A DNA stretch of 24,000 nt. It comes from Aerococcus sp. GTDB taxonomy: Bacteria > Bacillota > Bacilli > Lactobacillales > Aerococcaceae. Made by a program: the position numbers and the translations under genes. Where the stretch lies: the NCBI GenBank assembly GCA_022768285.1, contig JALEMJ010000017.1, forward strand, positions 36,964 through 60,963, given 5' to 3'. Numbering within the stretch: the stretch's first letter is position 1; each line of letters opens with the position of its first letter. Positions 17,801 to 24,000 of this stretch are shown here, piece after piece. Under the pieces are notes generated by a model. The model saw only the letters and a program-made list of their open reading frames with translations, had not been told where the DNA came from and ran no database searches.

Positions 17801-18778
17801 TGCCTCCTTGTTATTCTTGCCACGAGGAATTTTATTCAAATTGATCGTTGTGAGGGGATGGTCATGTATCAACTTATACCTATCATTATTTGATAACTGT
17901 AATTCTTTATATTTTTGATGAACCACATGCCAATCTTTTCGTACGTCTTCGAAGTATTCCCCTAAATTATCCCTCTGTGTGGCAGATAACTGAACAGATG
18001 TTGGCAATTCAATGCTCTGATAAATCTCATCAATTTGGTGTATATCATCTATATACGGATCCATCACATATTTACGAAAGTCATCGGATAGAATAAAATT
18101 ATCTTCCTGATCATAAATAGATGACAGCGCATCTAACCATTGTTCAGGATTCGCATGCGAACGTGCTTTATCGTAAAGTTCAATGATCATATCGCGCATT
18201 TTGGTATCTGTTTTTTGTGTACCATCACTAAAATTCTTTGCTACTTGTTCATAAGCATCTCTCAGATCGCCTGTTTTCCGGGATAATGCCTCATCAACCA
18301 ACTTATCCCATGTATCATTTTTCAAAAGCGTTAGTTCCGTTTGATCATTCAGTAAGCGATAATTAGGATCTAAACCGATTAGATAATAGAATTGATTCAC
18401 AATTTGACGGCAAAACGCATCGATCGTTTGAATATTGACTACTGGTAATAGCGCCAATTGTTCTTGTAAATAACGCTGCCATTCCGGATCTTCAGTCTGC
18501 GTAATAGCATTCATTAATGCTTTCTCTAAGCGTTCTTTCATCTCTTTGGCTGCTTTTTCGGTAAATGTCACTACAACGAGATGATCAAGACTTACGCGAT
18601 CATTTGTGTTTTCAGGCAGAACTTTTTTAATAATACGCTCAATAAGAACACGTGTCTTACCTGAACCCGCAGAAGCAGAAACTAGAATATTTCCAGTATC
18701 ACGTGCTTGCCTTGGACGATTACCCGTATCAATTACTAATTGCTGGTCAGGTGTAGCCTTAAATTTACTCATTGCCAT
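14897..18778 (-). CDS. addA: ATP-dependent helicase/nuclease subunit A (AddA/RexA)
   Basis: 1293 aa; Walker A ILVSASAGSGKTRVLIERI, UvrD-like VLIDEYQDVNDLQEEIL, VMTVHSSKGLEYPIV, RecB-type nuclease STEYGIAMHRLL...VWLFDYKTDKLG...LQLLIYNYAL. Confidence 0.95.
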   Translation of the reverse strand: MAMSKFKATPDQQLVIDTGNRPRQARDTGNILVSASAGSGKTRVLIERIIKKVLPENTNDRVSLDHLVVVTFTEKAAKEMKERLEKALMNAITQTEDPEWQRYLQEQLALLPVVNIQTIDAFCRQIVNQFYYLIGLDPNYRLLNDQTELTLLKNDTWDKLVDEALSRKTGDLRDAYEQVAKNFSDGTQKTDTKMRDMIIELYDKARSHANPEQWLDALSSIYDQEDNFILSDDFRKYVMDPYIDDIHQIDEIYQSIELPTSVQLSATQRDNLGEYFEDVRKDWHVVHQKYKELQLSNNDRYKLIHDHPLTTINLNKIPRGKNNKEAFEPVKEKVSKGNALYKPKQIKETYDKFFGFSLEIQQEITEQLREIVNSIIVLAKAFLDRMNAKMADKKVLDFAGIELKALEILNAQNDDDQYEARDYYHEHIDEVLIDEYQDVNDLQEEILRLIGEDDDAKYRFMVGDVKQSIYRFRYSNPSLFSDKYEEYSAEDNNDCLIELKTNFRSEPEVINFVNTIFNRLMDSELGGFNYSLAQLETNKTADSLHNELLPEVHVVETDDSEQEQPLSKIESQAYIAAERIQQLIGKKLVGHDEAEEDGSPIQYSDIAILTNTRGSYSEIEKVFNDVGIPVHQDKREDYFKRTEIMTVVSLLQLIDNQRQDIPLVAALRSPIVGVTEPELAQIRIFSDNLPDKADNETGEPRRVNTKGQPFFRALYVFLKHEENKTDHSELYEKIEKLNNWLDKWQNYNRTANLSELLWRIYRDTNYLTLVSAQSHSEQRRSNLYGMIQLAIDFEKQGQRGLFQFIRYIEEIEAQNKDIETPQDLNPNSNAVELMTVHSSKGLEYPIVIYFDAAHEFNTNDFQQKPYVVSDKYGLGVRIFDRKNIRVIDSPIFGMTKKDEKQQSYSEEIRKLYVALTRAEKKLIVIACKKKGEKESEPRTEGILSLEERIKSKSNWQWVHDALYPYASKITEDEYALEKDGEVFGTYAIHHEMPALDKVSVVDQSHSEKGTYSQKLYQSPLDFNYAYSDAITMESNQSVSDLKRKQVHFDDEHMNEKDNPHIIPEDANDKKDTRSRALNWVKPNFIDKNNKDGGSGSNSSESVDVSSTEYGIAMHRLLEEMPFDYYPISTDFKIVADRLVATDEVHEGIYPKNVYDKLANFFFTNDIIGKKIIDNAQNLHRERPFALSISPEQYQAWLNLPSADFSSDDNMIIHGIIDGYFIDGSDEVWLFDYKTDKLGENGREELFKKYRLQLLIYNYALHSILKKKVTHNVLISLNNFEAYDFLTDDLRSNL

Positions 18779-21700
18779 CCTCCTTATCCTCTAATTTGAA
18801 AGATTTTAAGATATTTTTATCTGTATCGTTAGACGGAGCTCGCTTATGAATATCACTTTCCGTTGCATCATAACGAGAGATTGCGCGATATTCCTTCGCA
18901 GATGGTAAATGGTTAATTTCAAAGTCTAGGGGTAACAATGCAATCTCACCAGACATGATACGATCGATAGTCTCATTAATCTTTAGGTGTACCATTTCTT
19001 TAATTAATTTAAATTCACCATCTTCAAGTAGTTTCTTACGATGGTTAGCACTTGGTTTTTTAAATCCCTTAGAGGTAATGGTGACATCATAAATATCCTC
19101 TAATGATATTCTATCTTTTAACTCCTCACTGAAGATACTATTAAGAAGATCAATATCGTTTAGTATAGTGCCTGTAAACTGCACGCGTTGAGCTTGTGTC
19201 AATAAGCCTTCCATAGCATGATTATTAGCCAAATATTCACTATCGTTCTTTATGTTAATGTCTTTATTAGAAGACATTAAATCACTGATTTCCTGATAAA
19301 AGAAACCTATCGGGACTATATTATTATCGGTCTTTTCTAATTCTTCCCATTCTCTGACAAAGTAGGTAAATAGTTGCAGGCTGATGCCATCCTCTAACCG
19401 CTTTAAAGGCAATTTATCCTTATTATCCGATGATTTATAATCGACAATCTGAAATCCTAGTTTCTCAGGGGTTTCATCGCTAGCTGGAATTTTAAATAAA
19501 TCGACGCGATCAATTTTTCCTTTTAATCTATAGCTATTATCCTTATCAGTTTTTCTTGTTTCAGTTTCAAATTGCTGTTCAGTGATTATCTTTTCAGCAT
19601 TCATTGCTTGAAGTCTCAGCGTTTCATAGCGAGCTACTAACTGCAACGTTTCATCTAGCTGTTGACGCCTAAATTGGAAATCTTGGTGATCCTTCGAACG
19701 ATTAAATACGTCAAATTCTTTAACCGTTTCAGCAAGTGCTTCATTCATTTTTTCTTCGCTCACATCCGGCCAATTCTTAAAGTACAGTTCGAGCGCTTTA
19801 TGGAAATAATTCCCCGTCTGTAAAGCATCCACTTCAAATTTTTGGCGTTCCTTTAACTTCAACCCGTAGCGTAAGAAATAGCTGAAAGGATCTTTGTTGT
19901 ACAATTCGAGCTGTGATATTGAAAATGTCGGTATTTCGCCATACAGCGATTTGGCTTCTTTTGTATCCAAATTGATGAATTGATTACCTGTATGCTTCAA
20001 TTTTTCAATTAATTCGTTCCAGTCTTTAGTCAATTGCTGATTGCTATTTTTCTCATCCCGATGACTATTAGAGATCTGAGCATCCACCTTTTTCCACTCA
20101 GTAGGTAATTCCTCAAATTGCTGCTTCTTAATCGTTAACTGCTGAAGCTGTTCATAAGGGCCACCGAGTATCCATTCGCTATCTGCTTCTACAAACTGCT
20201 CAGCATGAAGCGGACTTTCGAGTTCAAAGTGATCCATCAGTACTGCCAAGAATGGCGAGATCTTCTCATTAGCATCCGGCGCATTATACGGGTAGCTGAA
20301 AATTAAATGATCCGTTGCTGAGGTTAGCAGTTTATAAAACGTAAACTTCTCATTGTTGTATTTCTGCTGGGCATTCGGATCCAAAAAATGAATTTCCTGA
20401 TCAGATGTTTCCAGGAGCTTTTCTGAATGCATTAAGTCATTGAGCCATTCGCGCGTCGTGTCATCTAAAATTGAATGCGTCGTTTCATTCTTAGGTAACT
20501 GCTGGTCCGTAATGCCGAGAATAATACTTACTTTTCTTGGAATGAGCGGAACATCCTTGTAAGTAGAAATGCGTACACTATCCAGAGTCGGTGGCACCAT
20601 GCGGTAATAATTATTCGCAAATGCTGCCTGCATTACCTCAAAGAAACTATCCATATCAAATGTTTCTTTACCAAATAGCTCAACATATTCTTCCAGTGTT
20701 TGAACAAAAAGATTCCAGACTTGTTCCTGGCGTTGTGCTAATTCCACACTGCGCGGATCATCCTTGACGTCTTCACTGTTAGTCAGATAAGAACTCCAAG
20801 CCTGCATGCGGGCCCTAACACTATCTTCGCCATCAATAAATTCATAAAATGATCTAACAGCATGTTCGACTGTGGTTTCCTTGTTCCACGAATGAATCAA
20901 GTCATTTATAGACTCATACACCTTATCTCTGAATTTAATTACTCGATCATCCGTCTGAAGTACTTTTTGCTTAGCATTGTCAGCCTTACCACTGTTAGGT
21001 CTATACCAATCTTCTCCTTGCTTCCACCACAGCCGACCTTGATAATCCTGAGCTAAAACAATGTTTTCAATGCGGTCCAAAACAGAACGAGGATGCTTTG
21101 GTACCATTTTCGTATCGCCGTTCTCTTCATCCTCCACTTGGCCCATAAATCTTGGGGACAATAATTCTGTCTTCAATAAGCTAAAAACATCTTCATACCG
21201 CCAATCATACTTAATCACGTTATGTAACGCAGCAAGGAATCGCGCTAATGGGTGCTGTGCCATTGATTCCGGATTATCGATATAATAAGGAATTCCATTC
21301 TGTTCGAGCGCTCCGATCAACAGCGGCTGATAATGATCTAAATCACCAACAAAAATCTGGAAATCTTTATAACGATACTTCTTCTGACTCACCTGATTAT
21401 ATATAGCACTAGCTGCTTGATCTGCCTCCACACGTAAAGATTCGGTTTTCCAGATGGATACAGCGTCTTGAACTGATTCATTAACTTCCACCTCACCAAA
21501 TTCCTGCTTACGCCACCATTCCTCTAACATTTGAATTCCTTCACAATAGCTGTTTTCTGATTCTGAGACATTAAACGACTGGATATCTGATCGCTCACCA
21601 AGCAAGTCGGTTAACTGGCTATAAATGTAGTGAGCATTGGTGAAAGTTGATTGATTTGGATCATACGCATCCGTCTGATCGATGTCTTTACTTTCAGCTA

Positions 21701-22427
21701 ATAGCGATAAAATCACTTGATTTGCGTTATCAATCAAGCATTTTATGACACGATATTCATCAGCTTTGAAGTAGTCAAAGCCGTCAATAACGACCATTGT
21801 ATGCGAAAGATCATTAGCTATTATCTTTCGGATTAATTCTTCATAGATATCAATGTCTTGTAGCTTCTGATCCTCAAGATAGTTATTATAATCCTCAAAC
21901 GCAGCAATAATTTCTGATAGTTTTCTTATCTCGTTCTGTTTGAAGGTACTATTTTCTATGTGATTATCTGATTTGAGCCGATCTAGTAGTGCTTTTAGGT
22001 AATCTACGGTCATATTTCCACGATCAAATTCAGCAAACAACTCGCGCAACTGCTCTTGAAAGCTCAGAAAATGACTCTCACGCTGGAATGCCTTGAGTTC
22101 ACTTTCGAGATCTTCAAGTACTTTCTTAATGACCATCGTAAGGCCAATTTTTGAGATTGAATCTTTGCTTTTAATGCCTAGATACCACGCGAATCGCTTG
22201 AAACTGAATACTTGGAGACGCATCATTCCTGTTGGTTGATCCGGTGATAACGCATGCAGTTCTCTCAGTGTATTCAGTACTTCAAATTCCATGGTCAACT
22301 GCTGATTGTCCGGGACAATATAGAACGCTTTATTATTGCGATCTTCCATCAGAAAATGATCAACTTCTGCGATCACAGCGCGCCGATGCGTTTGCATTGC
22401 CGTTTCCAAATTTAAAATGAGAGCCAT
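18765..22427 (-). CDS. addB: ATP-dependent helicase/nuclease subunit B, type 2 (AddB/RexB)
   Basis: 1220 aa; immediately upstream of and overlapping addA; no N-terminal Walker A; nuclease-domain residues GNYFHKALELYF, LKGKIDRVD, FQIVDYKSS...ISLQLFTYF. Confidence 0.92.
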   Translation of the reverse strand: MALILNLETAMQTHRRAVIAEVDHFLMEDRNNKAFYIVPDNQQLTMEFEVLNTLRELHALSPDQPTGMMRLQVFSFKRFAWYLGIKSKDSISKIGLTMVIKKVLEDLESELKAFQRESHFLSFQEQLRELFAEFDRGNMTVDYLKALLDRLKSDNHIENSTFKQNEIRKLSEIIAAFEDYNNYLEDQKLQDIDIYEELIRKIIANDLSHTMVVIDGFDYFKADEYRVIKCLIDNANQVILSLLAESKDIDQTDAYDPNQSTFTNAHYIYSQLTDLLGERSDIQSFNVSESENSYCEGIQMLEEWWRKQEFGEVEVNESVQDAVSIWKTESLRVEADQAASAIYNQVSQKKYRYKDFQIFVGDLDHYQPLLIGALEQNGIPYYIDNPESMAQHPLARFLAALHNVIKYDWRYEDVFSLLKTELLSPRFMGQVEDEENGDTKMVPKHPRSVLDRIENIVLAQDYQGRLWWKQGEDWYRPNSGKADNAKQKVLQTDDRVIKFRDKVYESINDLIHSWNKETTVEHAVRSFYEFIDGEDSVRARMQAWSSYLTNSEDVKDDPRSVELAQRQEQVWNLFVQTLEEYVELFGKETFDMDSFFEVMQAAFANNYYRMVPPTLDSVRISTYKDVPLIPRKVSIILGITDQQLPKNETTHSILDDTTREWLNDLMHSEKLLETSDQEIHFLDPNAQQKYNNEKFTFYKLLTSATDHLIFSYPYNAPDANEKISPFLAVLMDHFELESPLHAEQFVEADSEWILGGPYEQLQQLTIKKQQFEELPTEWKKVDAQISNSHRDEKNSNQQLTKDWNELIEKLKHTGNQFINLDTKEAKSLYGEIPTFSISQLELYNKDPFSYFLRYGLKLKERQKFEVDALQTGNYFHKALELYFKNWPDVSEEKMNEALAETVKEFDVFNRSKDHQDFQFRRQQLDETLQLVARYETLRLQAMNAEKIITEQQFETETRKTDKDNSYRLKGKIDRVDLFKIPASDETPEKLGFQIVDYKSSDNKDKLPLKRLEDGISLQLFTYFVREWEELEKTDNNIVPIGFFYQEISDLMSSNKDINIKNDSEYLANNHAMEGLLTQAQRVQFTGTILNDIDLLNSIFSEELKDRISLEDIYDVTITSKGFKKPSANHRKKLLEDGEFKLIKEMVHLKINETIDRIMSGEIALLPLDFEINHLPSAKEYRAISRYDATESDIHKRAPSNDTDKNILKSFKLEDKEDGNE

Positions 22428-22444
22428 ATAGTCCTCCTTAATAA

Positions 22445-22480
22445 AAGAAAGACATCACTCAATACAAGTGATGCTTTCTT
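22445..22480 (-). terminator. Terminator-like hairpin between pepT and addB
   Basis: Minus strand AAGAAAG-CATCACT-tgtattg-AGTGATG-(T)-CTTTCTT followed by TTAT. Stem of 7+7 bp with a one-nucleotide bulge; the T-tract is interrupted. Confidence 0.6.
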
Positions 22481-22500
22481 ACTTTTACAGTGATTGATTT

Positions 22501-23757
22501 TTAAAATTGTTCATAGTCTTTAGCGATTGTTACCATACGAATAATAATCTCACTCATCTTAACCATCGTCTCGAGTGATACATATTCAAAACGCGCATGC
22601 ATATTCTCCCCACCTGCAAATAAGTTTGGCGTCGGTAAACCACGGAAAGTCAAGATTGAACCATCTGTACCCCCGCGTACCGGTTGAATATTCGGTGTAA
22701 CACCTGCTGCTTTATAGCTCTTTTTAGCCAACGTCACTGGACGCATATCTTTTTCGAGGATTTCACGCATGTTGCGATATTGATCCACAATTTCAATGTC
22801 AATAACTTTCTGCGGATATTTGCTATTGATGACCTCAGCTATTTTTTCCATCTGATGTTTGCGGTATTCAAAGACATGCGAATCATGGTCACGAATAATG
22901 TAGGACATGCGTGCTTCATCAGAAGTGCCCTCAAAACCATCTAAGAAGTAAAATCCTTCGCGATCTTCGGTGTATTCCGGACGATCAAAAGCTGAGATCG
23001 CATTGTGGAAATCCATCCCTACTTGGAGCGCATTAATCATAATGTTTTTAGCCTCGGAAGGATGTACGCTTTTACCAGTAATCTTCACATTGGCCTGTGC
23101 TGCTGTAAAAGTTTCATACTCTAAATCACCGAGAGGACCACCATCAACAGTAAAAGCAAAATCAGCACCGAAGCGTTCGACATCAAAGCGAGTTGCGCCC
23201 ATACCAATTTCTTCATCTGGGCCGAAAGCAATTTTAATATCGCCGTGTTTAATTTCCGGATGATCAATCAAATATGCAATGGCTGTCATAATTTCAGCAA
23301 TACCAGATTTATCATCGGCACCGAGTAACGTGCGCCCATCTGTCGTAATTAGTGTTTGTCCTTTGTATTTATTCAAAGATGGGAAGTCTTCTGGCGATAA
23401 TTCATACCCGGAGTCTGATAATTTAATCACGCCACCATCATAATTTTCAACAACTTGTGGTTGTATATTTTCCGCATTGAAATCAGCGGTATCACGGTGC
23501 GCGAAGAATCCAATCGTCGGGTAATTGCTTTCAGTATCTGTTGCCGGCAAGGTAGCTGTAACATAACTGTCTGCGTCATTGTAGTAGACATCGCTCAGTC
23601 CCAATTCGTTTAACTCATCTTCCAATTGATGCGCAAAATCAACCTGATTTTGTGAGGAAGGAATTTGATCCATATTTTCAGGATTAGAGCGTGTATTCAC
23701 TTTGACATAACGTAAAAAACGTTCGAGTAATTCTCCAGCAGATAATTTGATATCCAT
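22501..23757 (-). CDS. pepT: Peptidase T (tripeptide aminopeptidase, M20 family)
   Basis: GFFAHRDTADF, LLGADDKSGIAEIMTA, FGPDEEIGMGATRFD, FTVDGGPLGDLEYETF, PVRGGTDGS motifs. Start moved from TTG 23775 to ATG 23757 (MDIKLSAGELLERFLRYVKVNTRS), preceded by the SD GAAAGGA. Confidence 0.94.
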   Translation of the reverse strand: MDIKLSAGELLERFLRYVKVNTRSNPENMDQIPSSQNQVDFAHQLEDELNELGLSDVYYNDADSYVTATLPATDTESNYPTIGFFAHRDTADFNAENIQPQVVENYDGGVIKLSDSGYELSPEDFPSLNKYKGQTLITTDGRTLLGADDKSGIAEIMTAIAYLIDHPEIKHGDIKIAFGPDEEIGMGATRFDVERFGADFAFTVDGGPLGDLEYETFTAAQANVKITGKSVHPSEAKNIMINALQVGMDFHNAISAFDRPEYTEDREGFYFLDGFEGTSDEARMSYIIRDHDSHVFEYRKHQMEKIAEVINSKYPQKVIDIEIVDQYRNMREILEKDMRPVTLAKKSYKAAGVTPNIQPVRGGTDGSILTFRGLPTPNLFAGGENMHARFEYVSLETMVKMSEIIIRMVTIAKDYEQF

Positions 23758-23796
23758 AAATAAACATCCTTTCAATAATGTTTTAACAATTTAATC

Positions 23797-24000
23797 TTAT
23801 AAAAACTGGAAGGGATCCGTGTTCAGTGAGCTCTCTACCACAGTGACATCCCTATAGCCAGCCTGTTTGAGCCATGACTCAAACATCTGTTTTAAATGGG
23901 ATTTGCAGACACTTTCCATATGATGTCCAGGATCAATTACTGATAAGCCCGCTGCAAGCATATCATGCGCTGTATGGTAATACACATCACCAGTGATATA
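23797..24000 (-). CDS. Nif3-like dinuclear metal center protein (YqfO family), C-terminal part, truncated by window end
   Basis: Open frame to the window end reads YITGDVYYHTAHDMLAAGLSVIDPGHHMESVCKSHLKQMFESW...NTDPFQFL. The TGDxxYH and VIDPGHxxxE motifs are characteristic of the Nif3 family. Confidence 0.88.
   Translation of the reverse strand, partial: YITGDVYYHTAHDMLAAGLSVIDPGHHMESVCKSHLKQMFESWLKQAGYRDVTVVESSLNTDPFQFL

Noticed and set aside
13314-18794. Antisense ORFs of 60-119 aa opposite rluD, RNase H and addA (e.g. 13314-13556, 14476-14835, 16030-16212, 16608-16868)
   Set aside because: They lack recognisable domains and RBS support and lie opposite strongly supported genes. 14476-14835 also runs antisense through the tRNA and terminator.
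20862-23263. Plus-strand ORFs opposite addB and pepT (e.g. 20862-21056, 22684-22944, 22970-23263)
   Set aside because: Shadow ORFs of conserved minus-strand genes with no independent coding evidence.
23758-23775. N-terminal extension of PepT starting at TTG
   Set aside because: The TTG AAA GGA codons are the SD for the ATG at 23757, and the canonical protein starts MDIKLSAGELLERFL.
1-24000. Search by eye for CRISPR repeats, transposase, integrase, restriction-modification, toxin-antitoxin, reverse transcriptase/retron or phage genes
   Set aside because: None seen. Almost the whole window is accounted for by conserved housekeeping genes. AddAB is a core recombination enzyme here, not evidence of a defence island.

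Overview
Chromosomal housekeeping region of a low-GC Gram-positive bacterium. The protein motifs and the type-2 (RexB-like) AddB suggest Lactobacillales; this placement is an inference. The coding regions run: tsaC/ywlC (partial) <- prmC <- prfA <- tdk | murT -> gatD -> | <- AI-2E family transporter | YbhE-type lactonase -> | <- acyl carrier protein <- DUF2187 (YkvS-like) protein <- plsC-like acyltransferase <- two-gene heterodimeric ABC exporter <- yneF-like (UPF0154) <- RluD-type pseudouridine synthase <- lspA <- RNase HI-like <- tRNA-Gly(CCC) <- addA <- addB <- pepT <- Nif3-like (partial). Several intrinsic terminators and a few promoters can be read directly. I found no CRISPR array, transposon, prophage, toxin-antitoxin pair or defence island, and no convincing undescribed system. 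The more interesting observations are modest. AddB lacks all four expected Fe-S cysteines. The ABC exporter has one degenerate and one canonical ATP site. Intrinsic-terminator-like hairpins sit immediately upstream of the ABC exporter operon and of addB, with no room for a promoter in between. The tdk/murT divergent promoters overlap. A small ACP/DUF2187/PlsC cluster is also present.
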